From Rhynchobatus australiae (Eukaryota): a stretch of DNA of 64,000 bases. The first letter of the stretch is position 1. Each line of letters opens with the position of its first letter. The stretch covers positions 33,549,491-33,613,490 of the forward strand of contig JAUZTB010000076.1 in NCBI GenBank assembly GCA_034780895.1, in the 5' to 3' direction. Both the position numbers and the translations under genes were made by a program. Below, piece after piece: positions 39,893-52,930 of the stretch. Below the pieces are notes generated by a model, which saw nothing but the letters and a program-made list of their open reading frames with translations, was not told the DNA's origin and searched no databases.

Positions 39893-40930
39893 TATTGTGG
39901 CGGTGCTGGTGGTGGTGAGAGGAAAAGCCGGCTTTCACATTTCAGTCTCGAACTGAAGCCAGCTCGCTTCTCCATCCTGAACTTTAACCCCGCCTATAGT
40001 TACTATATAGTCCACATCGCAACTCTGCCTCTCTCAGTGTGACAGTCGGGCGGCCGCCTCGCACACCTTCCCCTCCCTCGGTCTCACACCTGCTTTTGGG
40101 GGAAGATTTTTTTTTCCCGCCCGCTCGTGGGCTGCTTTCTACGGCAGCGGTCTTGATATTATGATAGAGAATTAAGCGGGGAAAAGTCAGGCGTGCAGCC
40201 TGTCAGTGAAGGGAGCGCTGGCTTTCTGCGAGCCAGACTGGACTACACCCCTCTCGATCGCTCCGCAGCTCCCGGCGCCACGCGAGCATCGCTCTCCCTT
40301 CTCTCGCTCTCTCTATGAAAAAAAAACCAGACCGACTGGATCCTTAAATAAAACCCGATCCCCTTCCCAGCCCTGAGGCTCTGCGTCAACACCCGAATGC
40401 AGCAGGACATTGTGGCTGGATGCGGCGGCCAATGTGGAGAGCCCACAATGAACTTGGACTTGAGCTTGTGGCAGGCTGAGTGCGTTTCTTTCTTATGGCC
40501 CATTCATGAAAAGAAATTCCGCCACAAATGCCCAACATCGTGACATATATATTAAGAAAGTTCTAAGTCTGCGTGCAACTTTCTTGTAAATAAATTATAG
40601 AGCGATTTGTTTGCCAGCACCAAAGTTAGTTGCGAAATGATTTGGGATTTTTCCTCCCCCGCCCCCATGAAGTCGTATTTTTTTAAAAAATCTATGATTT
40701 GTGCACTCAGGCTTTGGCGCCTTTTTCTAACAACAATAAATCACAATACATAACTAAGAATCATGTGTCTGTTTATTGGTTTTTTTTTCTTCGCGTCACC
40801 CAGTCGAAAGTCACGTCCACCGCTCCTCCGCCCGGCTGCCGTTCATTGTTTGACATTTTCTTTGCCTGCGCAAATGACCCATATGTAACACTGAGTGATA
40901 AGCGATTGGCTGGCCAACGCGCATGCGCCC
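39893..40930 (-). promoter_or_regulatory. NFIA: NFIA 5' UTR and CpG-rich main promoter region
   Basis: CpG/GC-rich block immediately upstream of the ATG; GC boxes (about 39990, 40657, 40825), CCAAT boxes (40429 on +, 40905-40909 on -), and NRF1 palindrome GCGCATGCGC at 40919-40928; the TSS cannot be placed from sequence. Confidence 0.75.
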
Positions 40931-43116
40931 TCTCTGCAATGCTCTCTGGGTCTTGTAGTCTTAGAGCCTGTCCACTGCGCAACTTCGCTTTAAGGATACC
41001 GTCTAGGACAGTGCAACACATTTCAGTTATCACAGATCTTGAAAAATATATTAGTTTCTGTTAACAAGCATATCTTTCTAAACAAATATACACGCTCTGA
41101 AGTGTTTCTGTCTTATATTTGCAACTAGATTGGAGATATTTGTTTTAGCTGATGAATAGGGAGTCGGGTAGCAGCTTGGTGAAATTGTCAATAGATTGGG
41201 TGCATGACTGAATTAAAGAAAAATCACAAATCGAAAGCAGAACCGAAATGCAGCGGAGTGAAAACATATGGCAGAAGGTTAGAAGCTCATCACAATGCAA
41301 AATATTCCAACATGTTGCAACCACAACCCTACTTGTTATCCATTAAACTTTTCAGTGTGTTAGCAACGAGCAATAACTCGAAAACACAGCACGGGTTCTT
41401 TTCCAGAGGCACGTGTTTGTTCAATTATCCTCAAATAAAAACGCACTCATCTTTGTAATCGTAGAATTTAAGACATGTGAACTAATTTATTCGGATTGAT
41501 CTCCTGTAGTTTCTGTCCGGTAGTATATTAAGCATTTTGGAGAATTTTGTGGGGTTTCAGGACTTTCATTAAAAAGTTATCACAAAATATTTCAAGGTTC
41601 CATATTGCAAAGGACATTGGCTCACAGGTTTCACTCCACCAACGCTCAGAAATTCAATACTCAACGTTGGTGAAAAATACTGTATTCCTAGAATGTTAAG
41701 AAGATAATGCAAAGCCTAGCATTGACCGTTAATAGAATGGAATGTGGCTGCTCTCCGGCAATGGAGAGAGCGGCATAGACAAAGCCTTTCATTGTAATGC
41801 AAGGAAGATGATGGGAATTAAAAGAGTAAGTCATAACACCCATCATTTCCACTCTTGGATCGGTCATCATACGATACATACACAAGTCAACGCAATATAC
41901 CATGAGTTATTATTCCAATACAATTTAAAGCCAAATTACTCCGGGGACTATTCGCAGCCCACCATCCAAATTCTTGAGTTCACTTGCTGCCGAAATCCCT
42001 ACGGCTACGATCGTCTATTAGAGCGTCAAAACTCCTTTAACACCTTAGAAAATCGCTTTATCTAAAGATATGCAACATTGCAGCAGATTACATGCAAACA
42101 TTTCAAATATATCCACAGCCCTTATTCAAGAAGATCCCTCCTTCTGAAGGCAAGAGAAGATATCAACTGTCTTGTCTACCTATCAGTACACTGGATTTGG
42201 TACCTCTACACATATCACCATAACAAACTAATGGCCACTTAAAGGATGGCATGCAATGCCAAAGCGCGTGGACAACATTATTATACTAGAGCTTATAATG
42301 GCAAATATTTCAATAATGCAAATTATGTATAAATGAAAACATTATGTAAATTAAAACAGTGCAATTTATTTATTCTATGATTTGTTCTCATCTCATTTAA
42401 AGGAATTACAAGGACAAGAGAGAAAAGCACTTTTGCAAGAATGATTCTTTTATGAAGAAAGTATTGCAGTATGTTTTTTTTTGGCTACACAATGAAGACC
42501 TGGAAATGCACTGCATTATAATCTATGAAAATAAAGCGTGGTATATCTTCTTGTACTACTCGTCCTTAATAAATTCATTGCTTCAGCTTTAGTACTGTAC
42601 ATATTGAACTACAGTTCCCAAGATACTCTTCCGAAGAATCCTATTGCAAATAAACCAAACTTGATAGCGGAAACTACAGCTAAGACGCACCGATTGGCGC
42701 AGCGCAGCGCGGAGGATGCCAACTGAAATTTTAATTGGTAGAAGGATCTGCCTATCATGTCGGTTCAAGTTCACGTCTCGGCTGACCGTTTGAAGAAAAA
42801 GGTTTTTGAGACTAAATCACACGTCTCGACACAGCGAGCGCGCAACGTTTTTTTTGCCTGCTCTTGCACCAAGCAGCGACGAGGGAAAATTGCCAAGCTC
42901 AGCGCTTTCCGACAGCCCAATCTTGGCGCAATAATTGACATACTCTACATGGACGCAAACTGGAACCGGCGTGAATTAAAAAAAGACATCTGCCATTAAA
43001 TATCAGGCTGAAACATTATTAAATATACTTTAAATATCCCTAAAATAATTTGCATTAAAATTTAGAATATCGCTAAAAAATCATAATTGAAATAAAGTTC
43101 ATTATGTATCACGTAC

Positions 43117-43590
43117 CATTGCCATGTAAAGAGTACGTGAGAAACTTTAAATTGTTCAGACGTTTAGCTTCATTGTTGTCGTCTTTTTGTTGATTATATT
43201 TTGGTTTTAATATATAAACTGGGAACCGTTGCAAACCGGAAGCGAAACCATGCAAAAGCCGCTGCAAAAAAAGTCGGCGAATGATGCCTGAGGGTTTTTG
43301 TTTTCCAAGAAGAAGCCCCTTTGAAAACGTTCCAAGATCGCTCACAGCTCTCTGGCTCTGTGTTGATGGCGATAGAGCACTTTTGTGGAGCGCCCTGAGA
43401 AGTTGCAATCGATTTGCAGTCCTTAGTGTTTATTTCCGCATCGGTATTTGCATAGAAACCACGCACGGAGGAGACCGCACGTTTGACCAATCGGCGTCCA
43501 GAATCCCGGGAGACGTAAGTCGCGCGAGCGTCCGGCCTGGGATTCCATTCCCGGGCCAACGTTCTGTTCCTTCACCGATCCGGTCAGCAC
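43117..43590 (-). promoter_or_regulatory. Candidate upstream NFIA promoter and alternative first exon ending ATG GCA ATG|gtacgt
   Basis: CpG-rich block with ETS CCGGAAG (43236), octamer ATTTGCAT (43446) and CCAAT (43487), followed on the minus strand by a phase-0 donor right after an ATG. Confidence 0.55.
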
Positions 43591-46500
43591 GGTGTGAAGC
43601 TTCTTTCATTTTATATGTATACACAGAAGGCATTTGTAATCTGCTGTGATGTTTTTTTTTGAATAGCAGAAGTAGGTAAGAAAACATAATAGATTTTTTT
43701 TGTAACTTATGCTTCGTCTACCCGATAATTTGCGTGCACAGTTCAACAGATCTCGGCCTATTTCTATTTAACATTTATAACAGAGATGGTTCGTAGACTT
43801 ATAATACCGAAGCATTAAGGAGGTCTTAACTTCAGTATATCACTGCAGATAAATATATAAGCAATCCGTCAGCCTAGAAATGTGCCGAGGAATATTACTG
43901 AGATATTACTGAGCTGTGTGGGCTTTTTGAATGAGCTTTTATAAAAAAATTATCAGAGCTGATGTACTCAAATGGCAACAATTAGTACAGAACAGGAAAA
44001 AAAACTGGTATCATTTTATTTAAAAAATACGTCGACATTGATAAGAGAACGAGAGTTTACTGCATTTGAAATTTATGAGTGAACACAGTTGTATTGGAAG
44101 CATAATTATTAAACAGCAATTTAACGTTGGCAACATGGTGTATTCTATTACATTATCCAATAAAGATTGTGCTTCACAGAATGTGTCATTTATTTTACTG
44201 TGTCTAAGAGGAAGTAAACATTCGCATTCCAATGCTTACTTCATTATCTGAAACAGGTGTGTTATCCGTGCACACATTAATGACAATACTTTTAGATTTT
44301 TTATGAATATACCTGATTTTTAATTACTCAAACTATCATAAAAATCAAAATATTTTGAAGCTATATTTTAAGTTAGATCCTCAACGTAAGTCGAATACGC
44401 GCGTTGAATCGGTGATTATTATACATTCACGCATTTTAATAATGGAGTTACACACCTACTGAATGAAACTGACATTTGCGGTCGTAACTTGCATCACCTG
44501 TTTAGGCCTCTGTCCTAATTATGTCAATACATGCCGCATACCAGTGAATGTTTCATAATATTATTTATCTATTTGTGTTATAACAACTTGTGAGATTCTG
44601 GCTTTGAAGTGACTTGGCCGTAAATTGACGAGAACAGGCATTAAAAAGATAATCATATTCAATCTTTCAAACTTGATGGGCAATACACTTATTGCTTTTT
44701 TTTACCCGTCATTTTCGTACAAATGTATGAGTCATTTCGACACGTGTACACATCATATGCCATGTTGTTCGTCCAATAAAATGTGTGCACTTACAGTGTG
44801 AAAGTGCGTGTAAACTGAATGCATCGTGCGGTTGAACACGGAGTGTGACACAAGTAATAAATACGTGAACAAAAGTCGTTCCAAAGAGCTCCCTTGGATG
44901 TCTTCGGAATTTTAAAAATTGTAATAATTAATGAGAAAGCTTTTTATTATTTGCAATTTATTTTAAATAGAAAGATTGAATATACTAAGATTATTAGCAT
45001 ACACAACAATGGGACTGAAATAAGACTAATATATTTCATTCAGTTGCACTTCTGTTGAGATAGGCATCATGTAAAACCTCATTGCACCAATCATATTCTG
45101 AACTGTAACTAAGCTCAGTTGTGCATTGATTAAATGCAGAAAGGCACAGTTTTGGACTTACTATATTTTGGACACACCGCAAATAAACAGACTGTTGCAA
45201 CGTTATATTTGACACGTTACTTTCATAGCTGCAGTCGCTCTTAAATATTACAGATATTCCCATAGATTTTTATTTACATTTCAGAAGTTTCACAAAAACG
45301 AAGGGTATCATTGTTTCCCTGTTGGCGATTACAAATTAATCCAATCACAGTTGCGGCATTCAGAAATATATTCGATCCGTTGTCTTTAATGAGGTTCCCA
45401 CTGCAGATTCACTGCAGTCTCGATCAACAGCAGTAGCGGTCAACAACCAGCCAGAGGAACTTTGGAAAATACAGTGGATCGACGACCACTACCATGATGG
45501 CAAAGTTCTCATGCTTTCGCCGCTCCTTGTTTCAACAATGTCACGTCGACATTAATCAGATATCTGCTTTTCAACTAAATAATCTCTATCGCCGAGGCGA
45601 TCGCAATATATGAGATATTGATCCGGCTCTTTATAAATAAAGCAGTGTTAAATGAAAAAATAAAGTCTCAACAAAACTAGACGCCGCGACAGCACGTACA
45701 AAGCGAGCTGACGTTTACTGAAAGTGATCACAATGCAAAATCTGCCCGATTTTTTTTAAAGTAACAACATTGATTCATTCTAATACAAGGAGTCATCGCA
45801 TTTCCCCCCTAATTATATGAATACATGTCACTTGCGGAGATGTCCGTATTGATTTGGCGCTGGAGATATTGATCTGAAGACATTCCAGAACAGGGAGTGC
45901 GATAGAGAAAGTCTTTGTACATTATTCCGCTGGTCTTTGCAAAGCCTAACGTTAAGATCCCAGATCTCGTGTTAACACCATGCAGTACCACAACTAGAGG
46001 GCTCTAATAGCAACAACAAAAAAGGTGATTTACTGATTTTGGAAAATGTTGCGAGAGAGTTGAATGCCCACCCCCACTTACAATGGTGCGCTCCACCGAG
46101 TCGCGATTTTTTTTGGCCTTTAGTGTCGCAACCTTTTTATTTTCTCTCGAAATATCGACTTTATATGGACTGCTCTGAAGCAGCGCGAGAAAAAAAGTAC
46201 GTTTAAAATAAAGTTTTTAAAAAACTGTTGTTTCTATTTCACTCTTTCGACACTTCTGCGAAGTGTTTCTTCGAGAGATTTCTTGCTGAAATGGAGCTGA
46301 GTCCAAAGCATATTTACAAATGCCCATTCATTCTCGGTTAAACTCTGAAATATATGATCACACCAAGGAGTGATGAAGCTGTTTACAATCATAGCCATTA
46401 ACTCTAACAAATAAAGGAAATATATGTAAGTTCATCAATGAGAGGACCGTACCATTAATTTAAATGTTAACCAACAAGTTGAACTTTTTCATTTTGGTAC

Positions 46501-49500
46501 GCAAATTACAATTCGGCACAGACTCACCGGCATTATTAGAATACATGACATTTATAAATATTTTTTTAAGAATTAAAACTTTCAAGAAAAGAGAAAAGTA
46601 CAAAATTATTCTTCAGGTTTGAAGATGAATTCGCAATGTTTAAAGTTGCGTTCTGCATTCATGGTTCTTTTCACAATGATTTTCGATCGTGATTTAAAAC
46701 TCTGATACCTCGCATTATAGTTCAGTGTGAAGTTTTGCAAGTTCATGAGAACTTCCTCAGCTTTATGTTTTTTTTTCAGCGGCTGTTACATATTTTCATA
46801 TGCTTTGCGTAGAGTAGTCTGGGCATATTTACGATTAAATTATCCATATCATGCTAACTCTTTTGAAAAGATCAAATGACGCAGCATAAAAAAGTTTTAA
46901 TGTCCGCTTAGTTATGATAAAGCGCAAAATATATCCTGCTGATATTCCCTCGCACGTTCAACATTAACCAAAATGAATGGAATTCAAAAGAATATTTAGA
47001 TGTGTTTCTTTTTGAGCCTTTGTAACTTAATGTTCCTTGAATTCGCTCACGCTCACCTGCATTGTCATACTTAAATTATGTACCTCAGATTTCTGTAAAT
47101 GTCTCTATTAATTATTTATTTTACATTTTTTTCAAAAAAGACTTAATTTCTTCTGAATATAATTTTAGGTCTTCTGTTTTATGACTATAAATTGTTACTT
47201 AAGCAACTTTAATTCTTTTAAGATCCAAACAACTTGAAAATTTATTTTTCAGTACTTAAAAAGTTAACTATTTTTGTGCGCGTATGACTCCAAAAGAAGG
47301 ATGCAATATTTTTATTCTATGTTCTCTATCGATCGGTAGTAGAAAACTGACACCAGTATTTTTTTTGTGAAATTCTGAACTAACTAAACGTAAATAAAAT
47401 ATACCTGGACTATTATTTGCAACATTGCGAGTCCCTGCAGAAATTGCATCGCTTTTGATTTTATACAAGACTATGATCATAAATAACGGAACGTGTTTTT
47501 GTTAATTATATATCAAACAGAAGAACTCAATGATTACCTAATTCTTAAATTATACGTTAAATGGTCATATTGATCCCACTAATTACTCGCGACTAACTTT
47601 AGTATACGTGGTTTAGATAATTATAAACAATTAGCCCCAGAAAGAAAATATATTTGTTTATTTCTGGACCATTTAGCACATGTGAAATTAACCAGTGGTT
47701 CCCACATTTGAACTTTTTTCATGTTGTCAATATAAATTAAATGTGAATTACGTTTAAAAAGAACATATTCAAAATGAGTTGGTATAGTCAACAGTTTCAA
47801 CATAGAACAGCAGGATCGAATGGGAAATGTTAAAAGTAAGTTTCTCATTAACACTTATAATTCGGAGATTAATATTTAGCAACATATACAAGCCTTAAAT
47901 AAAGTTAAATTGTGCGATTCTTCTTTTGCTGCTTATATATCAGCGAAATAGAATATGTTATTTATAAACAATAGCGCGCGATTATACATATAGCTGAAGG
48001 CAAAGAGAAGCTTGAAGACTCGATACTTAGATCTGCATTAATTAAGTGAAAGATTACGTTCATAAATTTATAGTTTTAATATTAATTCTGCTATGTACAT
48101 ATGAGATGACGTTTATTTGGAAGGTTGAATATTTATAACTACTGTTCAAGAGTGACAATACATGATTAGAGATTGAGCAATTGATGGCCATATTTGCATA
48201 TGATTAACAATATATAATAATCGAAACTCCCATTATTAAACATTCTCGGATATTATCCTCTTCTCATCTCATGAGTAACTTAAAACCTAAAAACACCCAT
48301 TTAAAACTCTCGGTGGAACTCGTGACCACACGTGCTGTTTGGAAATCCTATATTTAGTTCTAAAACATTTTGCTGTCTTTATTTTTGACGGATTTCATTC
48401 GAACTTATTTATTTTCAGTTCTGCATCACATTTCCGGGGGGAAAAAAGCACGATTAAATATAAGATTTTCAAAAGTGGGTGACAAAATAATGGTTGAAAA
48501 ACAATCTCAAAATTCAATTGATGAGCAAATTTTAGTTATTTATTCTCCAAATAAGACGAACAGATGATGTAAAAGAGAGGGATGTAACGATGAAAATTAA
48601 GATATTTATTCACCTAAAAAAAGTGAATCGATTTTGATCACGAGGCGAGAATAATATGCTGAAGGAACGAATTTTAATTCTGTAAATAATAAAAAGTAAA
48701 TAGTAAAAAGATTATAGCAATTGATTGACTGTTCCAAAATCGGGATGAGCACTTAAAGAATGCTACCAGAAACACTTTGAATCTTGAGTCATTGTGAAGA
48801 ATGTGGAAAACCAATATCAAAAGACGTTCAACATGTAAACACTTTAAGCTGTTAGTAGTAAACCCCAACAAATCAAATTTCAGAAATGGACAAAACATTT
48901 AAAAATAAATGTGTTGCTGTTTGTTCATTCATTAATACATTTTGAAGTAACGAGTTTTTATTGAACAGTAGAGGATTGAGGATATATAACAAATTAAGTT
49001 TTCGGACAATGGTCAAATATAGCCTTTTTTGTGAAACCTCTGACTTCAATGTCTACACCCACAAATATCACTGACAAGTTTATAATACGTCTAAATTGTG
49101 CTCCAGCTGCACGAAAATTATTGCAAAGTTCAACGGTGCTTGTTTTTAAGAATACTGGAACCAATGTAAATATCAATGTAATCTAAATGTCATTTTCGCA
49201 CTGATTTCCCAAGAACTACTTATTGATAACAGTTGCGAACAAACCAAAAACAAAATCAACAACTGAATTATAAATTTCGAAACTTAGTTTCCTCTTATTT
49301 CGGTCACAATATCAAACTTAAATTTGGTTACAGTGACACAAGGATTCTCCAAGCAGTATTTTTTTGGTCTACGGCAGCATTGGCATTATACTGCTAATTA
49401 TTCCAGCAATGCGTGTATGTAAGTATTAATTATCCATTTTAGCTATGCTTCTTTTGCTCATTTTCGCTATTTTTCTTGTAGTACAGCTAATATATAACAT

Positions 49501-52389
49501 CAAGCATCCCAAAGCGAATTTACTTATCTGATCCCAGGTTTACACTAAAACTGAGGGAGATACGAAATTGTTCTAATTACACAATTACATTCCTTCGTTA
49601 TTCTTCCTAACACTTTTCACATTTGAATATGACTGTAGAGCGTTTGAAGGTGAAAAGTTGGCACACCAGATTACACTGTGATTACCACCTTCAATACTTT
49701 ATTATGTACACTGCTAACATCGAAAAGCTGATGGGCATGTACCTCGACCTGTCTGCATTATAATTAGGATTTAAGTAAATCTTTCATTGTGGTTGATATT
49801 TGGTTTATTTTAGTTGTTTCATCTTATTTAATTTATTTGCTTCGTTTGGTTTATTTTATTAACGGAAGAAACGGAATCGATACAATTATAAATAGTTTGA
49901 ATAATCAGCTGGGTTTCAAAGAAAACAAATGCGAACGTGGGGGATTCAAAGTATTTGGATGCAGAATGAGAGGACGGATGAATATTTTAGGCATTTTTTT
50001 CTATAAATATTTGTTTCATAGGTAAATTAGTCGCCGTATTTAGCAAAAAAAAATAAATGTAAATATGGCTTTGCATAAGAAATGAGAAACTATGTATTGC
50101 TCGCAATATTACGGTAGTAAGAAACCATTCCCACAATTTCTTCCTAAGTTATTCCATTGAAGAAATATCAGGATTATTCCAGTTAGACTCACAACTAAAT
50201 ATCATGGAATCAAATAATAGATTCAGACAGATAGAGGACAATTATAACAAACCACAAATTATTAATTTTTGTCATTGATTTGGCTAATCACCTAATATTG
50301 TATTGGCACTTTCAAGCTATAGTAACAACGTTTATTTTAAAAGTCCAATTTCTTTCTTAAATATTGCACAATCCAATTTTACACTATTTTTCATATATAA
50401 TCTCGATTATTACGCTAATTTTAACAGACAGTACGAGAGTTCAGCTACACTAGTCTGCAATGAATATTATTTGAAGCTCTTAAAATGTTAACTGTATTAT
50501 AAATTAAATTTAGCTTCTAGTTGCTTTGGGAGCATTTAAAGGAAGTACTTGTTGCAGGTCATCACTAGTCTAAGATCATGGTTAACAACATTTCCTTGCA
50601 GAAAATATAAAAAAAATTGTGTCACATCACTAATTGCAACTAAGATTAAATGCACTGAATACCAAACTGCAATTCATTCTTTACAATTCGTACATGTTTA
50701 TTTGAAGGTGAATAACTTTAAAACATTTTGTTATATTCTAATGTAAAGTTTTATTTACTGGAATAAATTATATTGCATGGAACAATCTGAAATGCAGCTG
50801 CACCAATTTCATGAAAATTATGCTTAAAAATATTTATTTAAATTTTTAAAAAACTGTAAATACCAATTCTGATATTATTTACTTTAAAGACTGTGGAAAT
50901 TTTGAAACACCTTCATTTTCGTGTTTTCTCCTTTATTTTGATTACACAGTCGGATCAATTTTGAATGTTGTTTCTTAGTACTTGTTTTTCAATATCTAAT
51001 ACAGTATTTACGTTTCCTTAAAAAAAACTTCTGTTTTACTGGAATGCAAATGCTGTCTAGGTTAGAGGTGTTTCAGAACACATGGTATAGGATGCTTTTA
51101 CTAGAGTTTATTTTTGTAAAATGCAGTTGGTGCCATTTGTTGCGTTGCTGTTCATGGTCTGATTTCATCAGCTTTTAAATGCCACTAGTCACACTTCTGA
51201 CTGTAAAAGTGCTCAAATTACAATCTAAATTAAAACCTGTGCATATTGTGCCCGAATATATTCGGATACAAACCTACGTCGTGTGATTTAAATTTGCGTA
51301 ATAGCGTCACTATTAATAATTAATATCTGCCTCCCCTCACGCGCACACATAATTTCACATCAGCTATCCTAGTGAGTTTAACTCTGAAGATGGTATAACT
51401 TTTGATATGTTTTTATATCTGAAATGATATTGCATAATTCAATTCAGCCTGATTAGTGGGATATTCTGCAACCAATTTAAAAGTAAATCAGTATAAACAT
51501 TGATAGCACCATAGATGCACTGAGGTCAGGCAACTCTTGCAATATAACAACATGCCTTCTTAATTGTGTAGGGGTAAATTATGGAGCAAAATACAGGCAT
51601 TAGGGTGAATTGTCCGTGTTCTTGGCTGTTTACGGATTGCATATGTTAAATTGCCTGAAATAACGAATGCATGTGGTATATTTTAAAGAGGGAGTATGGG
51701 CAAGTTAGATAATATAATAACTCAAATACTGATATATACGAGACTTGTCCAGTAATTTCTTAAAAATTAGAAATACGTCTGGTGTATATTCGATATGGTT
51801 TGTTGATACATGTTCATTAAAATACCTTCCATTGGGCGAACGGATGGCGGGTGAATTGCCCCTCCATGAAATTATGAATGTATTTTGACATATTGTAATT
51901 TTAGTCATCTCTGTCTTTTAATTTGCTGCTGTGGAGGGATTGTATAATTAAATTATATTCGACTAGAACGGAACGCTTATTTTAAACATTTGATGCATTT
52001 TAATAGTTTATTCAATAGCATTGTTTCTTTTGCAAATTATTGACAGTAAAATATTGAGATTGGATTTATGGGGGCATTGATTAGAAATCATCTCTTATAT
52101 TGGTTAGTCAGTTTATTATAACAGATATCACCTTTGCCTTGTTTCAATTTTAATTGTCTCATTTCCAGGCTTTGAGAATGACCGTACGGGTAGAGATATA
52201 TGGGTCTATGAGATCTTGTTCATTTAACTTCAGATAGTGGGGATAAGTAAAATCGGTGAAGTGGTTCAGACTCTTTGGTAACTCGAGAGCCAGAGCGCCA
52301 CTAAGAGGCAGAGACAAATTCACATTACAGTACATGAAGGAAGCAGGATTAAACTTGTGGTGGGAGGCGGGGGAGAGGAATAGGATATT

Positions 52390-52930
52390 TCTGTTTGCGA
52401 GCGTGTTTGTCTGCGAGTGTGTGTGTGATTTCATAAGTGAATTGACATACGTCAGAAGGATGTGTGGTGATGTACGCAGTCTTTATGTGTGTATACGGGA
52501 GATTGTGTGTACGAAGGGAAGGAATAGAAGCTTACATCTGTGTGTTTGAGAGTGTACGAGAGAGGGAATGCAGTCTGCATCTGTGCAAGAGAAAGAAAGC
52601 TTCAATGTTAGCTTGGATGTGCAATGGCGGGGGTGGGGGGCGTGAGTTTGTGTGTACGCTCCTGTTCGTGCGCGCCCTCGTATGTGAGAGTGCATGTATT
52701 TTTAGGAACGCACACAAATGGATTCGTGAAACAAAATCTATGACATTGAGCATGTCTGTAAATGGAGGTGGCTGTCAAAGTGTATAGCATTGATTGCCAC
52801 TTGAGTGGCTATATAATAGGAAAGTGTGTATTTGTAGTGTGAAAGTGTGGACATGAATATGAATGAGTGGATGTCATCCCCTATGAATGAATGTATGTCT
52901 GAGTGAGTGTGACAATTTATGTCGGCGACT
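52390..52930. repeat. Degenerate (GT/GAGT)-rich low-complexity tract
   Basis: Many interrupted tgtgtg and gagtgtg runs; the overlapping ORFs are Cys/Val- or His/Thr-rich artefacts. Confidence 0.7.
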
